This document shows positions 48,014-56,755 of a stretch of 64,000 nt of DNA, piece after piece. The stretch is taken from NCBI GenBank assembly GCA_963764625.1, contig CAVXTH010000005.1:96001-160000 (forward strand), read 5' to 3'. The position numbers were made by a program, and so were the translations under genes. Position 1 is the stretch's first letter; every line of letters starts with the position of its first letter. This stretch comes from Candidatus Krumholzibacteriota bacterium (lineage in GTDB: Bacteria > Krumholzibacteriota > Krumholzibacteriia > JAJRXK01). Under the pieces are notes generated by a model. It had not been told where the DNA came from. It searched no databases and saw only the letters and a program-made list of their open reading frames with translations.

Positions 48014-49036
48014 CTACTGTTCGCGTTTGCTCTCGCCTTGGTCACGGTCTTGTTCTGCGATGCGGCGGCGCAGGCTCAGGCGCTCATCCTCCGGCAGGAA
48101 AGCCGCATCCAGCGCCACCGCGTTCCAACGACGCAGTTCCTCGGCGGAAACGCCGTGGGCCAGACACTCCTCCCACTCGCGCCCCAGACTCGTCTCGAAG
48201 AAGCTGGGATCGTCGCTGCCCAGACAGACGCGCACTCCGTGCGCGGCCAGTCGCGTGACGGGGTGTTCGGCGCGGCTCTTTCTCCAGGCGCCCGAGCGCA
48301 GATTGGAGCCCGGACAGACTTCGAGAACGATGCCCGTCTCCGCCAGCTTCTCCATGAGCTCGACATCCGCGGCGGCCGCGATTCCGTGGCCAATTCGATC
48401 TACACCGAGCTCCATGGCCTCCGCCACCGCTTTGGAAGTGGTGCCTTCTCCCGCGTGCAGCGTGGTTCCCAATCCCGCGGCGCGCGCGTTCTCGTACACC
48501 TCGCGGAATTCGCTTGCCGGCACGGAACTCTCGTCGCCGCCGATTCCCAGACCCACTACCCGTTCCCCACGCAAGACGAGAGCATCCTCTAGAACCCGCC
48601 CCGCGGCCTCCGGGCCAAACTGCCGCACGCCGTCGGCGATGAAGCGCAGATCGACGCCTCCGCGGTCAGCATGCGCCTGCGCCCAACGCGCCAGGGCAGG
48701 CACGATTTCCCTGGGATCGCTCTCGAAATGGTGCATCACCCCGAAAGCGACGAAGAGCTCGGCGTGTACCACGCCCTGGGAGTCGAGAAAGGAGGCCGTG
48801 TCCTGCAGTACCTGCAGATAGGCCGAGGGGCCGTCCAGGAGCCGGGCGGCCCAGGCGAAGAGCTTGAGGAATCCCGCGAGATCATCGAAGCACCAGCGTC
48901 CGTCCCGAAGTCCGCCGGTGGGGGGCGATGGGATAAAGGGACGCTCGCTCCACAGCGCCTGCGCGCGGGTGGGAGTGAGACAGCCTTCCAGATGAAGATG
49001 GAGCTCGACCAGAGGCGGCCGCAACGAGGCGTTCAT
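48014..49036 (-). CDS. add: Adenosine deaminase family protein
   Basis: ELHLHLEG, HAGE, RIGHG, EVCP.SN, SDDP. Confidence 0.88.
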   Translation of the reverse strand: MNASLRPPLVELHLHLEGCLTPTRAQALWSERPFIPSPPTGGLRDGRWCFDDLAGFLKLFAWAARLLDGPSAYLQVLQDTASFLDSQGVVHAELFVAFGVMHHFESDPREIVPALARWAQAHADRGGVDLRFIADGVRQFGPEAAGRVLEDALVLRGERVVGLGIGGDESSVPASEFREVYENARAAGLGTTLHAGEGTTSKAVAEAMELGVDRIGHGIAAAADVELMEKLAETGIVLEVCPGSNLRSGAWRKSRAEHPVTRLAAHGVRVCLGSDDPSFFETSLGREWEECLAHGVSAEELRRWNAVALDAAFLPEDERLSLRRRIAEQDRDQGESKREQ

Positions 49037-49073
49037 GAGTGGGGAAAATGATAACGCAGAAGAGCGGCAGCGC

Positions 49074-50549
49074 CTACACGTAACGTCCCACGGGAATGTT
49101 GCGAATCACGGGATCGATGCACTCGACGACATCGTCCACGAATTCTCCGGTTTCTTCGTTCTTGCGCGCGAGATCGATGAGCGCGGTTTCCTTGGGCTTC
49201 TTTCCGCGTTCGTCCTGCAGGAGACGGATCACCGGCCTGTCGCGCAGAACCAGGTTGGTCTGCACCACGAGACCAATGGCTCCGCTCTTCACCTTGACCA
49301 CGCTTCCAATGGGATAGACGCCCATCATGTCGCAGAAGACCCCCACCAACTCCGCGTCGAACTGGGTGCCACCCTGCCGGCGCAGCATCTTCAGCACCTC
49401 GAAGGGTCGAGCCTGGCTGCGGTAGGGACGAATGGTGGTGAACGCGTCGTAGCAGTCGGCGATCTTCACGATCTTCGATCCCGTGTGGAGCTCGCTGTAG
49501 GGAAGAGGCGGATACCCGGTCCCGTCCGGATTGGTGTGATGCTCGAGGGCGATCTTCTGCGCCAGCTCGTTTCCCACCGCCGCTTCGCGCAGAATCTCCG
49601 CGCCATCGGTCGGATGTCGCTTCATCACCACCCACTCCTGGGGGGTGAAACGGCCGGGCTTGTTCAGGACCTCCAGCGGCGTATAGAGCTTGCCCACGTC
49701 GTGAATCAAGGCAGCGACTCCGAATTCGCGCAGGTCGCTTCCCTTCCACCCGATCGCCCGTGCCAGCGCGATGGAGAGCAGACCCACGTTGATCGAATGG
49801 TCGTAGGTATAGGGATCGTGCGCCCGCAGACTGGCCAGAATCAAGGTGACCTCGGTCGCCCCATCGAGGTGACGGGCGAGATCGGTGAGCGGTTGCTGGC
49901 CTTCGTCGGCCTCTTCCTTGTTCCTCGCCTCGGTGATGGTATCGATCGCGCTGGTGATCCCCGCAACCATGTTCCGAATCGCGTCACCTTCCTTTTCCCC
50001 GCGGCCCAACATCTTGCTTACCCGGTTCTCGCCGATGACCGCCGGCGCCGGATAGCCCTCCTCGGGAGGAAGTTCGATGCTTCCCGTGCCCATGTTGTGC
50101 TTGATCTCGATGTGGGAAAGACGATTGCGATCTTCCAGAAAGACGATGCTGCTCTTGTTCTGCAGGAGCCGCAGGAGTGACATGACCTCGCCCACGCTCG
50201 TGTCACTGCCGAAGTCGAGCTCCTGGATGGATTTACGGCGGGCCATGGCGTGGAATTGACGGGCGGCCTTGGGCGGGTTCTTCAGAATCTCGTCTCCCAG
50301 ACGCAGGCCCTCGGGGGTGAAGCGAAGGCTCACCGGCGCCTCTTTGGCCATGTCGACGAGCACCTGTTGCAGGACCAGAGTCTGGTTGTAGACCTCCCGG
50401 TCCAGCCAGGAAAAGCGGGCACTATTACGCAAAACACCGCAAAACATGGCAGTGAGCGAGACCAACTGGGAAGGTTTGGTCCCCTCTTGCACTCCGGAGT
50501 CGTCACTCCGAATCGCGGGAACTTCAATGTTTGTATTGGTTTGTGCCAT
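49074..50549 (-). CDS. HD-GYP domain phosphodiesterase with uncharacterised N-terminal domain
   Basis: YTYDHSINV, HDVGK, HP..G, EHH..PDGTGYP, ADCYDA.TT.RPY. Confidence 0.9.
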   Translation of the reverse strand: MAQTNTNIEVPAIRSDDSGVQEGTKPSQLVSLTAMFCGVLRNSARFSWLDREVYNQTLVLQQVLVDMAKEAPVSLRFTPEGLRLGDEILKNPPKAARQFHAMARRKSIQELDFGSDTSVGEVMSLLRLLQNKSSIVFLEDRNRLSHIEIKHNMGTGSIELPPEEGYPAPAVIGENRVSKMLGRGEKEGDAIRNMVAGITSAIDTITEARNKEEADEGQQPLTDLARHLDGATEVTLILASLRAHDPYTYDHSINVGLLSIALARAIGWKGSDLREFGVAALIHDVGKLYTPLEVLNKPGRFTPQEWVVMKRHPTDGAEILREAAVGNELAQKIALEHHTNPDGTGYPPLPYSELHTGSKIVKIADCYDAFTTIRPYRSQARPFEVLKMLRRQGGTQFDAELVGVFCDMMGVYPIGSVVKVKSGAIGLVVQTNLVLRDRPVIRLLQDERGKKPKETALIDLARKNEETGEFVDDVVECIDPVIRNIPVGRYV

Positions 50550-50620
50550 AGCAACCCGTAGTGGCACCACGGCGCCTCCGTCCCTGTGACGGATCCTCCG
50601 CCTGCCAAGCCTCATGCGAC

Positions 50621-50636
50621 TGCAAAGCCCAGGCCA
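50621..50636 (-). promoter_or_regulatory. Putative sigma54 -24/-12 promoter
   Basis: Minus strand TGGCCTGGGCTTTGCA, about 72 nt upstream of ATG 50549. Confidence 0.6.
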
Positions 50637-50679
50637 GAGCCCGGAGCCGCCGGCACCGATTTTGGTTCCAGAATGTGGA

Positions 50680-52656
50680 CTATTTCAGCAGCAGGGCGCG
50701 CACCGAATCCCGGGCGTGCTCACTCTCGATCACGAAGGTGTAGACCCCGCTGGCCAAAACGCGTCCCCGTCCGTCGCGTCCGTCGAAATGCACGCTCACC
50801 CGTCCGGGACCGGCCACGCCCTCAAAGAGGCGACGAACCTGGCGTCCCTTGGCGTCGATGACCCGAAGCTGCACCTGCATCGCCTGGGGCAATTCGAAGC
50901 TCACGTCGGTGGAGGGGTTGAAGGGATTGGGCTTTGGGGGAAGCAGCTGGAAGCCCAATGTGGGCAGGCTCAGGCTGAAGTTCTCGCTGCGGGTGAGCCC
51001 CTCCGCGTCGAGAGACCACTGCAGCTCCACCTGATCCACGCTCTCGATCTGCGAACGGTCGAAGCGTCCCACGAGAGCTTCGTCCTGGCGGGAGAGCCCC
51101 TGGCCCAATTCTGCCAGAACTCTCGCGCCATTTCCGATGGCCAACAGAACCGCGCGTTGGGCGTCGACGACCTGGCCGTCAAAACGAAGCTCGAGACCTC
51201 CGTCGCCCAAGGGGTGCTGCTCCATCCGCGTGGGTAGAACCGGCAGGGGAATGCCGGCGGAGGAAATCAACCCCACGTAGCCGCTGAGCGCGTCTGAGGG
51301 GTTATTCCCCAGCGGAGCGCCCACCGCGAACTCGGGTTTGCCGTCCCCGTCGAGATCACCGATGAAAGAAATCGAGGTGCCGAGCAGATCGCCCGAGGGC
51401 GCCATCAGGGCCAGGGCCCCGCGGGTGACCGTCGTCCCCTGGCTAGCCAGGGTGTAGCTGGAGCCCCCAGCAAAGAAATAGGCCACTCCCGCATCCTGGC
51501 CGGGCACGTCGCGCGGCGGAGCTCCCACCACCAGGTCCGTGCGATCGCTGCCGGCGAAGTCGCCCACGTCGGCCAGGGCCTCCCCGAAGCGATCCCCACC
51601 GATTTCCCCCACGATCACCTGGTCGGGGGAAGGCTGCGCGCTGGGAAGGGCCGCCCCGTAGTAGATGGCCACGTAGCCTTTTTCCGCCAAATAGCCGGGG
51701 GCGCCGATCGCCACGTCGGTGCGGGTCCCCGCATCGAAGTTCCCGGCCTGACTCACCGACCAGCCCAGATACAGGTCGGACGGATCTCCGGCCCGGGGCA
51801 AGAAAGCGACGGCGGCGGTCGAGGAGGGCAGAATCCCACCGCTCCCCCCAAAGAAGAGATAGGCGCGGCCCCCGTTGAGGATCGGTTGATTCTTGTAGGG
51901 CGCTCCCACCAGGAAGCCCGCAGTCCCGTCGCCCTTGAAATTGGGAACGTCGGCCACCGAATAGCCGAACTGGTCGCCCGCGACTTCACCGGTGAAGCGC
52001 TTGGCGGCGGAATTGGAGGGGGTGCCGCTGGCGCCCAGATAGAGATACACCGCGCCCTGGTCGGTTCCGGGAGAATTTGCCAGGGGGGCGCCCACGAGAA
52101 AGTCCGGCTTGCCGTCATCGTTGAGATCGCCCCCACGCGTGAGGCTCCAGCCGAAGTGGTCTCCGGCGATCTCACCGCTCAGAATCAGATCCGGGGTGGA
52201 GTCCATGGGGTCACCGCCGAAGAAGACGTAGACCCGGCCCGCTTCCGAGGCGACCGCGTTGTTGAACGGCGCCCCCACCGCCAGATCATCGAAGCCATCC
52301 CCGTTCACGTCGCCGATGCCGCCCACCGCGTATCCGAAGTGCTCCTGGGTCCCGGTCCCCTCGAGCTGGAGCCGGGCCTGCGTCCCGCCGAAGAACACGA
52401 AGGCGCGCCCCTTGTCCAGGCCGCTGCGGCTATCCAGGGGAGCGCCGATGACCAGGTCCGGCTCGCCGTCGTGGTTGAGATCGCCGGCATCGCGGACCGA
52501 CTGTCCGTAGTGGCCGTTCGCGGCGGCGCTCTGCCCGAAAAGAGTGGACGTGATGGTCTGCGCCGCGGCGCCGTTAGCCCACAGAAGCGGCAAAACGAGC
52601 AGGAGGGCACGAGTGAAGCGGAAAGTCGCGGATTGGGACGAGCGGGGGCGGGCCAT
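50680..52656 (-). CDS. FG-GAP (integrin-alpha-like) repeat protein with C-terminal FlgD-Ig/CTD domain
   Basis: Seven FG..V...GD.NGDG..D..VGAP repeats; tail PNPFNPST.VSF.L...IDAKGRQVR.L...FDGRD..G..LASGVY. Confidence 0.9.
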   Translation of the reverse strand: MARPRSSQSATFRFTRALLLVLPLLWANGAAAQTITSTLFGQSAAANGHYGQSVRDAGDLNHDGEPDLVIGAPLDSRSGLDKGRAFVFFGGTQARLQLEGTGTQEHFGYAVGGIGDVNGDGFDDLAVGAPFNNAVASEAGRVYVFFGGDPMDSTPDLILSGEIAGDHFGWSLTRGGDLNDDGKPDFLVGAPLANSPGTDQGAVYLYLGASGTPSNSAAKRFTGEVAGDQFGYSVADVPNFKGDGTAGFLVGAPYKNQPILNGGRAYLFFGGSGGILPSSTAAVAFLPRAGDPSDLYLGWSVSQAGNFDAGTRTDVAIGAPGYLAEKGYVAIYYGAALPSAQPSPDQVIVGEIGGDRFGEALADVGDFAGSDRTDLVVGAPPRDVPGQDAGVAYFFAGGSSYTLASQGTTVTRGALALMAPSGDLLGTSISFIGDLDGDGKPEFAVGAPLGNNPSDALSGYVGLISSAGIPLPVLPTRMEQHPLGDGGLELRFDGQVVDAQRAVLLAIGNGARVLAELGQGLSRQDEALVGRFDRSQIESVDQVELQWSLDAEGLTRSENFSLSLPTLGFQLLPPKPNPFNPSTDVSFELPQAMQVQLRVIDAKGRQVRRLFEGVAGPGRVSVHFDGRDGRGRVLASGVYTFVIESEHARDSVRALLLK

Positions 52657-52731
52657 GACGACTCCTGACTGGACTGCGAGAAACACCGGACCACGACGTG
52701 AAGCCACGGTGAATACACCCCTTCATTATCG

Positions 52732-52747
52732 AGCAAAGACCCTGCCC
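52732..52747 (-). promoter_or_regulatory. Putative sigma54 -24/-12 promoter
   Basis: Minus strand GGGCAGGGTCTTTGCT, about 76 nt upstream of ATG 52656. Confidence 0.5.
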
Positions 52748-52866
52748 GTTTCCAGTCCGGCCTGGCCGGAAGGTAAAATTTGCTCCTTTTTTTCGCTCAG
52801 TTCGAGGGCGCGCCCGTCCCCGGTCCAGACGCGCCTACCCCTCTCCGTCGCAGCCCGGGACCGGCT

Positions 52867-55140
52867 TTAGGCCGATCGGGCCGGGCGGCGCTGAGCGTCG
52901 AGTACCGCGATTGCGGTCAGATTTACGATGTCGCCCACTTCCGCGTCTCGCTGGAGAACGTGGACCGGCTTGGAGAGCCCGTTCAGGATGGGGCCGATGA
53001 GCTCGGCTCCTCCCAGGCGGTGCAGGAGTTTGTACGCGGAGTTCGCCGCCGTCAGATTCGGAAACACGAGGCAGTTGGCGGAACGACCCAGGCGGTTGAA
53101 GGGATGCCGATTCTCGAGCAGCTCCTGCACCACCGCGGTGTCGGCGTGCATCTCGCCGTCCAGCAGCAGATCGGGCTCCTTCTCGCGACAGATCCGTACC
53201 GCCTCGCGAACTTTCTCCGCCTCCGGACCGCGCGCGCTCCCGAAATTGCTGTAGCTCAGCAGCGCGACCCGCGGTTCGATCTGCAGGCTGCGCGCGATCT
53301 CCGCGGTGGAGAGGGCGATCTCCGCCAGCTTCTCCGCATCCGGATCCTGATTGACCGCGCAGTCCGCCAGCAGGTAGGGCTTCTGTCCAATGATGCACAC
53401 GTACACCGCCGAGACCGTGGTGCGTCCTTCCGCCATGGGCAAGACCTGCAATGCGGGACGAATCGTCTCGGGATAGTAGTTCGTCAATCCCCCCACCACC
53501 GCGTCCGCCTGACCCGACTGCAGCATCATGGCGGCGTGCATGTTGGGATCGCGAAGAGCCCTTCGAGCGTCGACCAGAGTCATCCCCTTGCGCGCGCGCA
53601 GCTTGAACAGCGCTTTGGCCAGCTCGTCGTGCGACCCGTCGTTCAGGCTGGGGTCGTGCACTTCGATCCCCGCGAGAGAAATGTGACGTTCCACCGCGAG
53701 CTTCTCGATCTCCTCTTCGCCACCCAAGAGGATGGGCAAACCGATGTTCTCGTCCACCACCCGCCGCGCCGCGCGGAGGAAGCGGAGATCGGCTCCGTCG
53801 GTAAACACGACCTGCTTGGGCTTCTGTTGGGCCCGTACGCGCACCGCCTGCATGAGATTGTACGAGGCTTGAAACCGCGCCTGGAGCGAATCGGCGTAAG
53901 CCTGCACATCGGGCAAGGGCACGCGCGCCACGCCCTCTTCGGTCGCGGTCTTGGCGATGGCCGGAGCCACGTACCACAGAACGCGTGGATCAAAAGGCTT
54001 GGGAATGATGTAGTCGGGACCGAATTCGAGGCGGTCGAGGTTGTAGGCCTTGAGCACCGAATCGGGAACGTCCTCTTGCGCCAACTGAGCCAGCGCTTGC
54101 GCCGCCGCCACTTTCATTCCCTCGGTGATTCCGCGCGCGCGCACGTCGAGCGCACCGCGGAAGATGAAGGGAAAGCCCAGGACGTTGTTCACCTGATTGG
54201 GATAGTCGCTGCGTCCGGTGGCCACGATGGCGTCGGGACAAGCTTCCTTGGCCTTCTCGTAGGTGATCTCGGGATAGGGATTGGCCAGAGCAAAGATGAT
54301 CGGTTTCTTGGCCATACTCTTGACCATTTCCTGGTCGACCAGATCCTTGACCGAAACGCCGAGAAAGACGTCGGCGCCTTTCATGGCATCGGCCAGACTC
54401 CTGGCCTTCGTCTTGACGACCCACTGCTGCTTCACCGGATTCAGATCGTCGCGACCGTCGTGGACCACGCCCTTGGAGTCGCAGAGGATCACGTTTTCCT
54501 TGGCTACGCCCAATTGCACCATGAAGCGCGAGCAGGCGATCCCCGCCGCTCCAGCCCCGCTCACCACCAACTTCAGGTCCTCCAGTTTGCGACCGGTGAT
54601 CTGACAGGCGTTCAAGAGCCCGGCGCCGGCGATGATCGCCGTTCCGTGCTGGTCGTCGTGGAATACGGGGATGTCGAGTTTCTTCTTGAGCGTCTCTTCG
54701 ATGTAGAAGCACTCGGGCGCCTTGATGTCCTCGAGATTGATGCCGCCGAAGGTGGGTTCCAGGATCTCGCAGGTCCGAATGATCTCGTCCGGATCGCCGG
54801 TCGCAAGTTCGATGTCGAAGACGTCGATGTCGGCGAATCGCTTGAAGAGTACCGCCTTGCCTTCCATGACCGGCTTGCCGCCGAGCGGGCCGATGTCGCC
54901 CAACCCCAAGACCGCCGTGCCGTTGGAGACGACCGCGACCAGATTCCCCCGATTCGTGTAGAGAAAGGCGTCGTCTGGGTTCTTCTCGATTGCCAGACAG
55001 GGCTCGGCCACGCCCGGCGTGTAGGCCATGCTCAAGTCGTGCTGGGTGGAACAGGGTTTGGTGGGTCGAACTTCCGTTTTGCCCGGACGACCGCGCCGGT
55101 GATAGTCCAAAGCTTCGCTAAATTGCCCATCGTTGCTCAT
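52867..55140 (-). CDS. maeB: NADP-dependent malic enzyme with C-terminal phosphotransacetylase-like domain
   Basis: [52 protein letters not shown]; C-terminal DGEMHAD...LVFPNL...GPIL. Confidence 0.95.
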   Translation of the reverse strand: MSNDGQFSEALDYHRRGRPGKTEVRPTKPCSTQHDLSMAYTPGVAEPCLAIEKNPDDAFLYTNRGNLVAVVSNGTAVLGLGDIGPLGGKPVMEGKAVLFKRFADIDVFDIELATGDPDEIIRTCEILEPTFGGINLEDIKAPECFYIEETLKKKLDIPVFHDDQHGTAIIAGAGLLNACQITGRKLEDLKLVVSGAGAAGIACSRFMVQLGVAKENVILCDSKGVVHDGRDDLNPVKQQWVVKTKARSLADAMKGADVFLGVSVKDLVDQEMVKSMAKKPIIFALANPYPEITYEKAKEACPDAIVATGRSDYPNQVNNVLGFPFIFRGALDVRARGITEGMKVAAAQALAQLAQEDVPDSVLKAYNLDRLEFGPDYIIPKPFDPRVLWYVAPAIAKTATEEGVARVPLPDVQAYADSLQARFQASYNLMQAVRVRAQQKPKQVVFTDGADLRFLRAARRVVDENIGLPILLGGEEEIEKLAVERHISLAGIEVHDPSLNDGSHDELAKALFKLRARKGMTLVDARRALRDPNMHAAMMLQSGQADAVVGGLTNYYPETIRPALQVLPMAEGRTTVSAVYVCIIGQKPYLLADCAVNQDPDAEKLAEIALSTAEIARSLQIEPRVALLSYSNFGSARGPEAEKVREAVRICREKEPDLLLDGEMHADTAVVQELLENRHPFNRLGRSANCLVFPNLTAANSAYKLLHRLGGAELIGPILNGLSKPVHVLQRDAEVGDIVNLTAIAVLDAQRRPARSA

Positions 55141-55256
55141 GGAGATCCCTCCCTCCAAAAGTGCTGGGCCAACGATAGTCCCTGGATCTTCAACATCCAA
55201 CCCAACTTACCCGAACGCCGGTTCGGGCTTGCAGGCTGGGGGAAGGCTGGCTAGGG

Positions 55257-55272
55257 TGGTATCCATCTTGCC
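55257..55272 (+). promoter_or_regulatory. Putative sigma54 -24/-12 promoter
   Basis: TGGTATCCATCTTGCC, about 58 nt upstream of ATG 55330. Confidence 0.5.
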
Positions 55273-55329
55273 CTTGATCCCGGCAGCTCCTTGCCGGCCA
55301 AGCGCGGTGGAGCCAGGGAGATTTCCAGA

Positions 55330-56733
55330 ATGCGTCGTTACTTCGGCATCTTCGTCGTGTTGCTCATGCTAGCGTGGTTGTACGCCCGGATCGGTGGATT
55401 CGGTGCGAACCCCGGCGGCATGTCTTCTGACCTGCCCAGAGGTGGAGAGTCGGGCAAAGATTCCCTGACCACTCTGGCGCGGGTGACCCCTTTGAACGAC
55501 GAGGAGGAAGCGGCGGATGATTCCCTGGCGGTAAGCTCGGCGCCAGAGGACGAACTTTTCGACAGTCGATCCCTCGCCAACCCGAGCGAGGGTTGGGAGA
55601 GCATCACCGTCGGACGGGGTCAGTCCTTCTACGTGGCGATGCGGGGTGCGGGAATCGCGCACGAGGACATCATGAGCCTGGTGAAGGCGTGCAAACCCCA
55701 ATCGAATTTCCGACAGGTGCAGGCCGGCGCCAGCTTCCGCATTCAGCGCAACGAAAATGAGGCCCTCACCGCCTTCCATTCCGAACTGGATGGAGAGCAT
55801 TACCTGCTGGCGACGCGAACTTCTTCGGGTTGGAAGACCGAGATCGGCGCCTATCCTCTGCAGCGCAAGGTCAAGGGAGTGAAAGGCGTCATCGAATCGA
55901 ACCTCTTCGATGCTCTGGTCGCGGAAGACGCGAACCCGCAGCTCGCGACGGAGCTGAGCGAGATCCTGGGTTGGGACATCGACTTCTTCCGCGATCTTCG
56001 CAAGGGCGACAAGTTCAAGCTGGTCTACGAGGAGTACTCGCGGGAAGGCAAGCGCGTGCGCGACGGTCGCATTATGGCTGCGACCTTCACCAACAAGGGC
56101 CACGAGTTTTCCGCCTATCTCTTCCAGAACAAATTGGGCTTCCCCGCCTACTACGACGACAAGGGGAGAAGTCTCGAAAAGCAGTTCCTCCGTGCGCCGC
56201 TCAAGTACAGCCGGATCAGCAGCAATTTCTCACGGCATCGTCTCCACCCCATCGACCACGTCTACCGTCCGCACTACGGGGTGGACTACGCGGCGCCCCG
56301 AGGCACACCGGTGTACGCGACAGCCAACGGTACGGTCGAAAAGAGGGAGCGGATACGAGGCAACGGAAACTACGTCCGGCTCCGCCACGGCAACGGATAC
56401 GAGACCTACTACCTGCACCTTTCGCACTTCGCGCAAAGCCTCCACCTGGGCCAGAGAGTGAAGCAGGGAGATCTCATCGGTTACGTCGGCATGACCGGAA
56501 AGGCCACCGCCCCCCATCTCGATTACCGGGTGAAGCACAACAGTAAGTGGCTCAACCCGCGTAAGCTCGATCTGCCGCCAGCCGCGCCGATCGAGGATGA
56601 ACGCCGGGCGCTCTTCATGGAAAGAAGAGAGGAATTGCGCGCGGAGCTCGCGCGAATCCCGGGGGACGAGAACGAGACCATCGTGCTCGAGCGTGAGACG
56701 ACGAAGGCGGCGGTCGAACCCGCCGGCCGCTGA
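55330..56733 (+). CDS. M23 peptidoglycan DD-endopeptidase (MepM/Csd3-like)
   Basis: N-terminal TM helix; WDIDFFRDLRKGD, FLRAPL.Y.RISS.F, HYGVD, YLHLS, PHLDY. Confidence 0.92.
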   Translation: MRRYFGIFVVLLMLAWLYARIGGFGANPGGMSSDLPRGGESGKDSLTTLARVTPLNDEEEAADDSLAVSSAPEDELFDSRSLANPSEGWESITVGRGQSFYVAMRGAGIAHEDIMSLVKACKPQSNFRQVQAGASFRIQRNENEALTAFHSELDGEHYLLATRTSSGWKTEIGAYPLQRKVKGVKGVIESNLFDALVAEDANPQLATELSEILGWDIDFFRDLRKGDKFKLVYEEYSREGKRVRDGRIMAATFTNKGHEFSAYLFQNKLGFPAYYDDKGRSLEKQFLRAPLKYSRISSNFSRHRLHPIDHVYRPHYGVDYAAPRGTPVYATANGTVEKRERIRGNGNYVRLRHGNGYETYYLHLSHFAQSLHLGQRVKQGDLIGYVGMTGKATAPHLDYRVKHNSKWLNPRKLDLPPAAPIEDERRALFMERREELRAELARIPGDENETIVLERETTKAAVEPAGR

Positions 56734-56755
56734 ACATCCGCGGCGGGCCGCATCC

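Noticed and set aside
47218-49036. xth and adenosine deaminase as part of the nucleic-acid harvesting system
   Set aside because: They are about 17 kb away, are common housekeeping genes and show no visible regulatory link.
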